DNA from: an uncultured Deinococcales bacterium
Lineage (GTDB): Bacteria > Deinococcota > Deinococci > Deinococcales > JAAFIG01
Direction of reading: 5' to 3'
Assembly: GCA_964244895.1 (NCBI GenBank)
Contig: CAXTKV010000063.1
Span: 5,817 to 23,910, forward strand
Length of the DNA: 18,094 bases
Position numbers and translations under genes: made by a program. The notes beneath the pieces were generated by a model, which worked only from the letters and a program-made list of their open reading frames with translations, made no database searches and was not told the DNA's origin. The stretch's first letter is position 1. Each line of letters starts with the position of its first letter. This document shows positions 1 through 7,213 of this stretch, piece by piece.

Positions 1-27
1 CGACGCTCGCACCGTAGACTCCAGAGG

Positions 28-534
28 ATGATCTACCGCGCACCGCAGGAACCCGACTTTGCCGGAATGCAGGCGCTCGATCTCGAGCTGGCCTTGACCG
101 AAGACCCGAACTTCCCATCCCTGCCCGAACGCGAACGCGCCGGACGGTTGCGCACCAGCCTGGCCAGCCTGCGCTTCTTCAGTCGCAGTGAGCACAGCTT
201 CGTCGCCATCGAAGCCCGCAGCGCCGACGAGGAAGCCACGACCGTCTACGGCCTGATCCTGGCGCAGAGCATCTGGATGGGCGACAAACCCGTCGTCTGG
301 ATCTCCCACATCCGCGTCCACCCAGACGCGCCCGGCGGCACGCTGCCGGGATTGCTGCACGCCAGCGTCAAGAGCGCCTACGACAGCGCCGTCTACGAGG
401 TGTACATGGCCGTCGACAAGACCCTCTGGCCGTTCGCGCAACGCGAGGGTTTCAAGGACGCTGGCCTGAAACACGTCGTGCGTTACCTGGGCGCGCGCAC
501 CAGAACCGCTCCCGGCGCGGACGAAGACCCGTAA
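28..534 (+). CDS. DUF1999-family protein (GNAT-like fold, Deinococcus-Thermus type)
   Basis: 168 aa. N-terminal YR..EPD...LDL and LPERERAGRL.TSLASLRFF.RSEHSFVA, plus C-terminal VKSAYDSAVYEV, resemble DUF1999 as recalled. TAGACT at 15-20 lies 7 nt before the ATG. Confidence 0.75.
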   Translation: MIYRAPQEPDFAGMQALDLELALTEDPNFPSLPERERAGRLRTSLASLRFFSRSEHSFVAIEARSADEEATTVYGLILAQSIWMGDKPVVWISHIRVHPDAPGGTLPGLLHASVKSAYDSAVYEVYMAVDKTLWPFAQREGFKDAGLKHVVRYLGARTRTAPGADEDP

Positions 535-578
535 ACACCGTCCAGCACGCAGTCAATGGTTCGTGTGCTGGACGGTGT
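535..578. repeat. REP-like palindrome family A, doublet copy 1
   Basis: ACACCGTCCAGCACGC (535-550) / GTGTGCTGGACGGTGT (563-578). One mismatch (G.U in RNA). Starts directly at the TAA stop 532-534. Confidence 0.9.
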
Positions 579-585
579 CCTTCGC

Positions 586-703
586 TTTTGTCCTCCCCTA
601 TTTCATGATGCCGGAGGGGTCTTGCAATGACCCCTCCTTTTCGAGCAGCACGAGAACAAAGGCGCGCTACTCGATCCGCCTCCATTGCTTCGCAGGGGAG
701 GAC
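586..703. repeat. Second palindromic element (family B), multi-hairpin
   Basis: GTCCTCCCCT (590-599) / AGGGGAGGAC (694-703). Internal GGAGGGGTC-N7-GACCCCTCC (613-637) and TCGAGCAGC/GCTACTCGA (641-649/666-674). A related hairpin lies at 1687-1718. Confidence 0.55.
613..641 (+). terminator. Possible intrinsic terminator
   Basis: Perfect 9-bp GC-rich stem GGAGGGGTC/GACCCCTCC followed by TTTT, downstream of the DUF1999 gene. Confidence 0.4.
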
Positions 704-761
704 CGAAACGCTTCTCGGGCGAGTGATACAGACTCGGGGCGCGAATCGTGCGAAGGATAAG

Positions 762-896
762 GGCATGAACACTCTTCCCGAGAGGCCAGAACCTGGCGTC
801 ACGCGCGAGCGTGCAGGGCACGACGCCAGGATTCCGGCATGAACACTCTTCTCGAAAAGCCAGAACCTGGCTTCGCCAGGATTCCGGCATGAACAC
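762..896 (+). repeat. Imperfect tandem duplication of the translation-start region upstream of the SDR (encodes two mini-ORFs)
   Basis: GGCATGAACACTCTTCCCGAGAGGCCAGAACCTGGC (762-797) ~ GGCATGAACACTCTTCTCGAAAAGCCAGAACCTGGC (836-871). CGCCAGGATTCCGGCATGAACAC occurs at 824-846 and 874-896. Confidence 0.85.
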
Positions 897-1512
897 CGTC
901 ATCATCGGCGCGACGGGCGGCATCGGGGCGGCCACGGCCAGAACCGTTCCCGGCCCGCACATCCTGGCCGCCAGAGACGCGAAAGCGTTGCGGGAACTGG
1001 CGAACGCCATCGGCGGCATCGCGGTGCCGACGGATGCTACACGGGAACTCGAGGTTCAGGCGCTCGCGCAGGAAGCGGAAGCCAGAGGGGGCGTCAGGGT
1101 GCTGGTTTACGCCGCCGGAACGATTCAGCCCGCCGGCCTGCTGGAATCCAGCGCGAGCGATCTGGAACGCGTCTGGGCGGTCAATTACCTCGGGGCGCAA
1201 CTGGCCCTGAAGCATTTGGGGCCGCTCCTGACGCCGGATGCGCGGGTGTACCTGCTGGGTGCGCGACCGGAACTGGTGGAGTTCAAGAATTTCAGCGGTT
1301 ACGCGTCATCCAAGGCCGCGCTCTCGAGCCTGAGCCGGATCGCGGCGCTCGAGCTGAAACGACCCGTCACGCTGGTATTGCCTGGGCCGGTGGACACGAA
1401 TTTCTGGGCGAAGCTCGGGCGCGCACCAAAGAACGCGATCAGCCCGCAAGCCGTGGCTGACGCGATCCAGGCCAGCCTGAACGCTGAACCCGTCGCGGAA
1501 CTCCGCGTGTAA
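889..1512 (+). CDS. Short-chain dehydrogenase/reductase (SDR)
   Basis: Rossmann motif IIGATGGIG immediately after Met at 889, YAAG, VNYLG, catalytic YASSK, PGPVDT. Start moved from 811 to 889. Confidence 0.9.
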   Translation: MNTVIIGATGGIGAATARTVPGPHILAARDAKALRELANAIGGIAVPTDATRELEVQALAQEAEARGGVRVLVYAAGTIQPAGLLESSASDLERVWAVNYLGAQLALKHLGPLLTPDARVYLLGARPELVEFKNFSGYASSKAALSSLSRIAALELKRPVTLVLPGPVDTNFWAKLGRAPKNAISPQAVADAIQASLNAEPVAELRV

Positions 1513-1677
1513 AAACACCGTTCTTGCTCATCAGACAGCACCTTCTTGATCCCGAACATGCACCTGACGGGCAGGATCGCTGACGGGCTATTCGCGCTTC
1601 TTGCTCATCAGACAGCACCTGACGGGCTATTCGCGCTCCAGCGCGTGCCCCTCAAAACGCGTGCTGGACGGTGTTCT
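1513..1677. repeat. Family A doublet copy 2, left arm interrupted by a ~115-bp mosaic of short duplications
   Basis: AAACACCGT (1513-1521) ... TCCAGCGCGTG (1637-1647) ... GCGTGCTGGACGGTGTTCT (1659-1677). The insert contains 23-, 19- and 13-bp direct repeats. Confidence 0.75.
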
Positions 1678-1686
1678 TGAACTCTG

Positions 1687-1718
1687 CCTCCCCTATCTGA
1701 CGGTGGGGGAAGACAAAA
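1687..1718. repeat. Family B hairpin remnant
   Basis: CCTCCCCTATC-TGAC-GGTGGGGGAAG. Its end TGGGGGAAGACAAAA is the near reverse complement of TTTTGTCCTCCCCTA at 586-600. Confidence 0.45.
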
Positions 1719-1764
1719 ACCTGAGGCTCGAGCCACGGGCGTAAAGCGTGGTACAAGAGACACC

Positions 1765-2526
1765 ATGAACCTCGAGCCTTTCCTGAACGTCGCCATGGAA
1801 GCCGCGTACATCGGCGGCAAGCGCACGCTGGCGCACTGGAACACGGGCGTGGTGATCGAAACAAAATCGGATCAATCGCCCGTGACCATCGCGGATCGGG
1901 AATCCGAGGCGGCCATCCGCGCCGTGATCCATCAGCATTTCCCATCGCACAGCGTCCTGGGCGAGGAGGAAGGTCAGACGGACGGCGACCCGGATTACCG
2001 CTGGATCATTGACCCGTTGGACGGCACGAAATCCTTCGTGCGCGGCGTGCCGTTGTACGGGTCCCTGGTCGGGCTCGAGATCGGCGGAGTGGTCGAAGTC
2101 GGCGCGATGTACATGCCCGTGCTCGACGAGATGCTTTCTGCCGCGACCGGGCTGGGCTGCAAGTGGAACGGTCGGCCCGCGCGCGTGTCCGGCGTGAATC
2201 AGCTCGGGGACGCGACACTGTTGGCGACCTCGAGCGAGAGCGTCCGCAAACGCGGCGGCGCGTGGGACGAGCTCGCCTCCAGAACCAAGCTCACGCGCGG
2301 CTGGGGCGATTGCTACGGTTACGCGCTGGTCGCCACGGGCCGCGCCGAGATCATGGTGGACGCCGGAATGAACCCCTGGGATTGCGCCCCGATCCTGCCG
2401 ATCCTCTCCGAAGCGGGCGGGCGGTTCACCGACTGGAACGGCGTTTCGACCATTCACGGCAAGGATGGGTTCGGCACGAACGGTTTGCTGCACGAATCCG
2501 TGCTCGAGATTCTGCGCGAGGGTTGA
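1765..2526 (+). CDS. Inositol monophosphatase family protein, HisN-like histidinol-phosphate phosphatase
   Basis: K.DQSPVTIADRESE, LGEE, WIIDPLDGTKSF, WGDCYGY, PWD.API motifs. Extended -10-like TG-G-TACAAG 7 nt before the ATG. Confidence 0.88.
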   Translation: MNLEPFLNVAMEAAYIGGKRTLAHWNTGVVIETKSDQSPVTIADRESEAAIRAVIHQHFPSHSVLGEEEGQTDGDPDYRWIIDPLDGTKSFVRGVPLYGSLVGLEIGGVVEVGAMYMPVLDEMLSAATGLGCKWNGRPARVSGVNQLGDATLLATSSESVRKRGGAWDELASRTKLTRGWGDCYGYALVATGRAEIMVDAGMNPWDCAPILPILSEAGGRFTDWNGVSTIHGKDGFGTNGLLHESVLEILREG

Positions 2527-3056
2527 TGTTGGATTCCGACTTCCAGAATGAGCTCGTTCATGCCCGGTTGGACGGCAAAAACAAGCTGCTGGTCATCACG
2601 GATCATTTCCTCGTGTACGCCGATGCCCATGGGAAGCAACGCTTGCCACTCTCGAGCATCACGCAAATCCTGACTGATGAAACCGGAAGGCTGCGTGTTC
2701 TCTCGAGTCAGGGCGCGGCCATTCAGGGCGACATTCGCAGTTTCGACATGCTGAAGCTGAAAGCATTCTTCGAGCGTGCGGCTGCCGAAATTGCGCGCGC
2801 CAAACAGGACGAACTCGAACCCGAAAACTCTCACTCGAGGTCGCCCGTGGACTGGGAAGAACCGTTCCCGCCGCCATTCCGGTCAACACCCAAACTTTCT
2901 GCAGCCCTGATTTTAGGCATCGCGCTCGGAGGCGTCAGCCTCACGGTGATGTTGCTGCTCTTGCCGCTTGATAAACCCGTGGTGGGAGGAGCGGTTCTTC
3001 TTTCCGCACTGATCGCCGTCATCGCATATCTTTTTTTCTCCAGACGGGCGCGATAA
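2526..3056 (+). CDS. Hypothetical membrane protein (N-terminal beta-rich PH-like domain, Pro-rich linker, two C-terminal TM helices)
   Basis: ATG overlaps the upstream stop (TGATG at 2524-2528). 176 aa with hydrophobic C-terminal segments. The 2163 start in the ORF track is a shadow extension. Confidence 0.75.
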   Translation: MLDSDFQNELVHARLDGKNKLLVITDHFLVYADAHGKQRLPLSSITQILTDETGRLRVLSSQGAAIQGDIRSFDMLKLKAFFERAAAEIARAKQDELEPENSHSRSPVDWEEPFPPPFRSTPKLSAALILGIALGGVSLTVMLLLLPLDKPVVGGAVLLSALIAVIAYLFFSRRAR

Positions 3057-3060
3057 CCTA

Positions 3061-3108
3061 AGAACACCGTCCAGCACGCGAATCTTGAAACGCGTGCTGG
3101 ACGATTCT
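3061..3108. repeat. Family A doublet copy 3 between convergent genes
   Basis: AGAACACCGTCCAGCACGCG (3061-3080) - AATCTTGAAA - CGCGTGCTGGACGATTCT (3091-3108). Confidence 0.9.
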
Positions 3109-3110
3109 TT

Positions 3111-3347
3111 TTACTTCTGACCCCGATACACCGCGATGGCCTCGAGCAGCAGGGCTTTGGCCGCGTCCTGATCGGTCGCAAACCCGAGCGAGCTGGGCGC
3201 GTTCGTACCGTCTGGCGCGGTGAAGCCGAAACGGTACGCGCAGACGCGGTCGTTCCACTCGAGCCACAGATCGTAGCCGTTCAGGTGCGCTTCGAACCAG
3301 AGCGTGCCGAATTCGCGTTCGGTTTCGTGCCAGACGATCTCGGTCAC
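3111..3347 (-). CDS. Small hypothetical protein (78 aa, aromatic-rich)
   Basis: Fills the gap between genes. TAGGCT on the minus strand (3354-3359) lies 6 nt before the GTG. Protein-like composition. The stop abuts the family A repeat. Confidence 0.7.
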   Translation of the reverse strand: MTEIVWHETEREFGTLWFEAHLNGYDLWLEWNDRVCAYRFGFTAPDGTNAPSSLGFATDQDAAKALLLEAIAVYRGQK

Positions 3348-3462
3348 GGTTCGAGCCTACCGCGCCCGAGATGGTCGCTGAGGCATCGGAATGGCTTTGA
3401 GGCTGGCTGAAAAAGAAATCGGGACAACACGTTTTTTCTCGGGTCGGAACTACAGTGGCGGC

Positions 3463-4245
3463 ATGAACACGCAACGCTCGAACGATACCCTGGCGCAATT
3501 CGCCGTCGTCGCCGCGCTGATCGTCACCCTGGTGATGAACACGCTGGCGGTGGTTCTGCCGTTGTTCGGGCGTTCCACCAAGGACATCTCTGACAGCTAC
3601 CCGAGTTTCTTCACTCCGGCTGGGCTGACGTTTTCCATCTGGAGCGTGCTGTACCTCTCGCAGATCGCGTTTGCGGTCTACCAGGCGCAACCCGCGCAGG
3701 CCGCCAACCCGCGCATCCGGGCGGTGCGGTGGCCGTTCGTGGCGGCGTGCCTGTTCAACGCCGTCTGGATCATCGCGTGGCACGGGCTGGTGGTGTGGGC
3801 CAGCATGATTCTGATGCTGGGTTTGCTGGGCAGCCTGATCGTGGCCTACAACCGTCTCGAGATCGGGGTCACGCCCGTCAGCGCGGCGGAATCGTGGCTG
3901 GTGCGCGTACCGATCAGCCTGTACCTGGGCTGGATCACGGTCGCGACCGTGGCGAACGCCGTGACGCTGTTCTTGACGCTGGGCTGGAACGACCAGGGCA
4001 CGCTCGGGCGGGTGTTGGCGGCGGTCCTGATTCTGGTCGCGGCGGGCATCGGGGCGGCCTTCAGCCTGGGTCGGCGCGACGTGGCGTACAACCTGGTGCT
4101 GCTGTGGGCGTTCTTCGGGATTTACCTGGCGCGCCCGACGGACGGCGTGGTCGTGGCGGGCGTGATCGCGGGCGCGCTGATCGTGCTGGGCGGCATGATT
4201 ATCCCCAGGTTGGGCGGCCCCAGGCTCGAGCAGCGTCGGGCTTAA
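3463..4245 (+). CDS. TspO/MBR-related tryptophan-rich membrane protein
   Basis: ISD.YP..FTPAGLTFSIW..LY, FNAVWI.AW and P.SLYLGWITVAT.AN motifs, multiple TM helices. TACAGT (3451-3456) 6 nt before ATG 3463. Confidence 0.8.
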   Translation: MNTQRSNDTLAQFAVVAALIVTLVMNTLAVVLPLFGRSTKDISDSYPSFFTPAGLTFSIWSVLYLSQIAFAVYQAQPAQAANPRIRAVRWPFVAACLFNAVWIIAWHGLVVWASMILMLGLLGSLIVAYNRLEIGVTPVSAAESWLVRVPISLYLGWITVATVANAVTLFLTLGWNDQGTLGRVLAAVLILVAAGIGAAFSLGRRDVAYNLVLLWAFFGIYLARPTDGVVVAGVIAGALIVLGGMIIPRLGGPRLEQRRA

Positions 4246-4255
4246 ATGTTGAGGG

Positions 4256-4309
4256 GCACCGTGCTGGACGCGACTTTTTGACCTCGAGAACACGCGTCCA
4301 GCACGGTGT
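4256..4309. repeat. Family A doublet copy 4 with inverted core, between convergent genes
   Basis: GCACCGTGCTGGACGCG (4256-4272) / CGCGTCCAGCACGGTGT (4293-4309). CTCGAG in the loop. Confidence 0.88.
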
Positions 4310-4326
4310 TTTCGTGCGCCTTCGCT

Positions 4327-4866
4327 TCAGCGACCCGCCAGAACCCGATGCTCGAGCGCCCAGGCCAGCACCTCACCGATGGTCGCGCCCTCAAGATTCG
4401 CCTCGATGCAATCCACGGCGGGCAGCCCGAGCGCGTCCAGGGCTCCGAGCGCGGCCCGAAGGTGCGCGGGCAGTTCCGTGGCATCGTCCACCTGAACGCC
4501 CGCGAAGTTTGAACCGTCCGTCATGACGTAGACCTTCAGGTCGTCCAGCGCGGGATTTTCGAGCGGTTCGAGTTGCGCGCGACCGTCAATTTCGATGAAC
4601 AAGCGCCCCCTGCCGCCCGAGCCGTTCGGTCGGTACTCGATGGCCGCCGGAAGCCCTTCGGTGGGCACACTCGCCCGTTCAGCCTCGGGCTGAGACTCGA
4701 GAACAAGCTGTTCGATCGCCGCGCGAACCTCGAGCATTTCCGATTCCCTCAACCCGTCCGAAGCCGCGTGGCGCCCGAATTCCGCCTCGATCGCGTTGGC
4801 GGCGAAAACCGTCGGTCGCGTCCGGCGGATCATCTCGAGCCATTGGGCTTTCGTGCGTCTGGGCAT
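4327..4866 (-). CDS. Hypothetical protein (179 aa)
   Basis: TAAAAT on the minus strand (4874-4879) 7 nt before the ATG. Normal composition. Ends 17 nt from a family A repeat. No family recognised. Confidence 0.7.
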   Translation of the reverse strand: MPRRTKAQWLEMIRRTRPTVFAANAIEAEFGRHAASDGLRESEMLEVRAAIEQLVLESQPEAERASVPTEGLPAAIEYRPNGSGGRGRLFIEIDGRAQLEPLENPALDDLKVYVMTDGSNFAGVQVDDATELPAHLRAALGALDALGLPAVDCIEANLEGATIGEVLAWALEHRVLAGR

Positions 4867-4873
4867 CAGGAGG

Positions 4874-4891
4874 ATTTTAGCGCGCTAGACT
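4874..4891. promoter_or_regulatory. Back-to-back divergent -10 boxes
   Basis: TAAAAT (minus, 4874-4879) and TAGACT (plus, 4886-4891) joined by the palindrome TAGCGCGCTA (4878-4887) in a 33-bp intergenic gap. Confidence 0.65.
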
Positions 4892-4899
4892 GCGCGGAC

Positions 4900-5487
4900 G
4901 TGCCGAGCTTCACGCCCATTGACCCGACCGGACTGAGCGCCGGGGAATTGCGCGAACGCATCTGGTCGGAGCTCGTGCGGCAGAACGCTGCCGCCTACCC
5001 GATGCCGCCGCACGGTCACAACCCGAACTTCAAGGGCGCGCAGGCCGCCGCCAAACGCCTGATGTTGCACCCCCTGATGCCCGGAGCGAACACCGTGCTG
5101 ATCGGCATGGAGGCCGTTCTGGCCCCGTTGCGGGCGCTGCTGCTCGAGCGCGGCAGCACCATCATTGTTCCGCACCGCACCAAAGCGGGACGGTACTGGC
5201 GCGTCAAGGACGCCCCGAAAGCCGCCGCGAAACTGCCCAATCTGCCCGTCTACGGCCTCGAGACGGGCGCGCCGGACGACGCCCAGATCGGCGTGATCGC
5301 CTCCACCATCCTGACTGAAACGGGTCAGCGCTGGTCGAAAGGTTTCGGCTGGGGTTCGGACGGCCCGCCCGTGCCCGTTCCTGCGCTGAGCCTGGCGCAC
5401 TCGTTGATGGTCTTCAAACCCCTCGAGCTACCGCCAGATTCCACGGTCGCGGGCATCGGCACGCCGGAACGCCTGATCGTGCTCTGA
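4900..5487 (+). CDS. 5-formyltetrahydrofolate cyclo-ligase paralogue (COG0212/MTHFSD-like)
   Basis: LRERIW..L, YPMPPHGHNPNFKGA..AAKRL, G.RWSKGFGW, D.TV..I.TPER. GTG start at 4900 follows TAGACT by 8 nt. The 4573 start would overlap the opposite-strand gene. Confidence 0.72.
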   Translation: MPSFTPIDPTGLSAGELRERIWSELVRQNAAAYPMPPHGHNPNFKGAQAAAKRLMLHPLMPGANTVLIGMEAVLAPLRALLLERGSTIIVPHRTKAGRYWRVKDAPKAAAKLPNLPVYGLETGAPDDAQIGVIASTILTETGQRWSKGFGWGSDGPPVPVPALSLAHSLMVFKPLELPPDSTVAGIGTPERLIVL

Positions 5488-5631
5488 GGGCAATCTCATG
5501 GCGCGCACATGGCTTTCACCGCGTCTCGGACGGGCTTCTTCGGGTCTGGACGGATTCTCGAGGACGCGCTCGATGACCCGAAGCTCAGGAAACGCTTTCC
5601 ACGGCGTTAAAACGTCGGTTACAATCCACGG

Positions 5632-6591
5632 GTGCGCGGCGAGGAAGCGACCCCAAAACCCTGGAGCGGTACCCAAACGCCATCCGACTGGATGATCAAA
5701 CTGCGCGGGCTCTGGCGACTCGCCCGATTCAAGGATTACGCCATGAGCGTGGTCTTCACCACCTGCCTGGGCGTGGCCGCCGCCGGTGGCGGTTTCGGCT
5801 GGAAGATGGTGCTGGTCTTGCTGGCCAACTGGCTAGCGGTCGGCTTCGCGTTCATGTTCAACGACGCCGAGGACGCCCCAGACGACGCCCTGACCCCCGA
5901 GAAGGCCGCCCGCAACCCCGTCACCAACGGCAGCCTGAGCCTGATCGAAGGGCACATCGCGTCCTACGCGGTCGCGGGGCTGGCGTTGCTGGCGTACCTG
6001 CCGCTGGGCTGGATTCCGACCATCTGCGGCATCTTCTGCATGGTGTTCGGGCACCTGTACTCGTGGCGGCGCGTGCGACTGAAGGCCGTGCCGCTCCTGG
6101 ACGTGCTTTCCCACGGGCTGATGCTGGCGGGTTTGCAGATGTTGGCCGCGTTTTACACCTTTTCCGGCGAACTCAACACCGCGCTGATCGGGCCTTTTAT
6201 TTCCATGGTCTGCGCCAGCTTTTACGGGCAACTATTCAACGAAATGCGCGATCTCGAGGGCGACCGACTGGCGGGCGTCCACCACACCGCCAGTTTGTTG
6301 GGACCCAAAGTCACGCAATGGTTGATGAACGTGCTCTTGTCGTCTTCCATTCTGGCTGGCCTGTACACGCTGTTTTTCTCCGGGCTGGTGCCGTGGGGCG
6401 TGATCGCCTTCTCGAGCGCCTTCCTGGTCATGTTCGTGATCTGGCCGTACTGGACGGCCATGCGCCGCAAAGCGCACCTGGACGCGCAACTGCCGTTCAT
6501 CAACGGTCTGCCGCTGGTCGGCACGATCATGATGTTCAGTTGGTTTATTGCACCGTGGCTGGCGACGATGTTCCGTTTGAACGCGCGCTAA
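5632..6591 (+). CDS. UbiA-family prenyltransferase
   Basis: Asp-rich motifs FNDAEDAPDD...RNP and FNEMRDLEGD, YSW...RLK, multiple TM helices. TACAAT (5620-5625) 6 nt before the GTG. Substrate not assignable. Confidence 0.88.
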   Translation: MRGEEATPKPWSGTQTPSDWMIKLRGLWRLARFKDYAMSVVFTTCLGVAAAGGGFGWKMVLVLLANWLAVGFAFMFNDAEDAPDDALTPEKAARNPVTNGSLSLIEGHIASYAVAGLALLAYLPLGWIPTICGIFCMVFGHLYSWRRVRLKAVPLLDVLSHGLMLAGLQMLAAFYTFSGELNTALIGPFISMVCASFYGQLFNEMRDLEGDRLAGVHHTASLLGPKVTQWLMNVLLSSSILAGLYTLFFSGLVPWGVIAFSSAFLVMFVIWPYWTAMRRKAHLDAQLPFINGLPLVGTIMMFSWFIAPWLATMFRLNAR

Positions 6592-6607
6592 ACGCGATGA
6601 TGCTCAT

Positions 6608-6635
6608 GAACACCGTGCGGCACGGTGTTCTTTTT
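6608..6635 (+). terminator. Family A monomer acting as probable intrinsic terminator
   Basis: GAACACCGT-GCGGC-ACGGTGTTC (6608-6630) followed by TTTTT, 16 nt after the UbiA stop. Confidence 0.7.
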
Positions 6636-6662
6636 CGTGTACCGGATGCATTCCAGGAGCGC

Positions 6663-6691
6663 TTGACAATTGCGTTGACTCAACGTATCTT
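6663..6691 (+). promoter_or_regulatory. Sigma70-type promoter of marR with an operator palindrome in the spacer
   Basis: TTGACA (6663-6668) - 17 nt - TATCTT (6686-6691). CGTTGA-C-TCAACG at 6673-6685. Confidence 0.8.
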
Positions 6692-6700
6692 GATCTGAGT

Positions 6701-7213
6701 ATGAGTCGAGTCAACACGTCTAGTCAACGCAAATCCAGTCGAGCATCAACTCAGAACCCGGCCAACCCGGAAGCCGCAGTCCGCACCAAGGAAGCGCACC
6801 GCATCAAGCAACTCGTGCGCCGCATTTACAAGGCGATGGATCGCGTCCGAAGCGACCACGAACGCCAGGGCGGCCTGACCCGCCCGCAATCGAGCGTGAT
6901 CGAATTTCTGATCGCACAACCCGGGCGCTCGCTCAAAGAAATCGCGGAAGCCCTCGAACTCTCACACGGAACGGTCTCAGGCATCGTGGCGCGGCTCGAG
7001 CAGATGGAACTCGTGCATCGCCAACCCGATGTCAACGACCGCCGAATCGTGCGCCACGAGGTCACGAGCGTGGTCGCGCAGTACGCACGCACCGCCACCT
7101 CGAGCCACACGGCCTCTCCGATCTCTCGAGCCCTGGAGCGAGCCAGCCCAGAGGATCGGGCCGCGATCCTAAATGCGCTTTCGCGCCTCGAACAATTGAT
7201 GGAAGACGACTAA
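6701..7213 (+). CDS. MarR-family transcriptional regulator
   Basis: GLTRPQ..VI.FL, SLKEIAEALELSHGTVSGIVARLE...LV.R.PD..DRR winged-helix signature. Confidence 0.9.
   Translation: MSRVNTSSQRKSSRASTQNPANPEAAVRTKEAHRIKQLVRRIYKAMDRVRSDHERQGGLTRPQSSVIEFLIAQPGRSLKEIAEALELSHGTVSGIVARLEQMELVHRQPDVNDRRIVRHEVTSVVAQYARTATSSHTASPISRALERASPEDRAAILNALSRLEQLMEDD

Noticed and set aside
2163..2525. N-terminal extensions in the ORF track (2163, 811, 3391, 4573, 7932, 11330, 14640)
   Set aside because: They overlap other genes or repeats, or lie upstream of the -10 box. Downstream starts fit the -10/leaderless pattern, stop-start coupling or the domain boundary.
3058..4293. Long antisense ORFs (3058-4293, 1693-2493, 8483-9310, 9934-11238, 11387-12109, 15339-16556 and similar)
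   Set aside because: Shadow frames opposite well-supported genes in GC-rich DNA, with Arg/Gln/His-rich composition, no motifs and no start signals.
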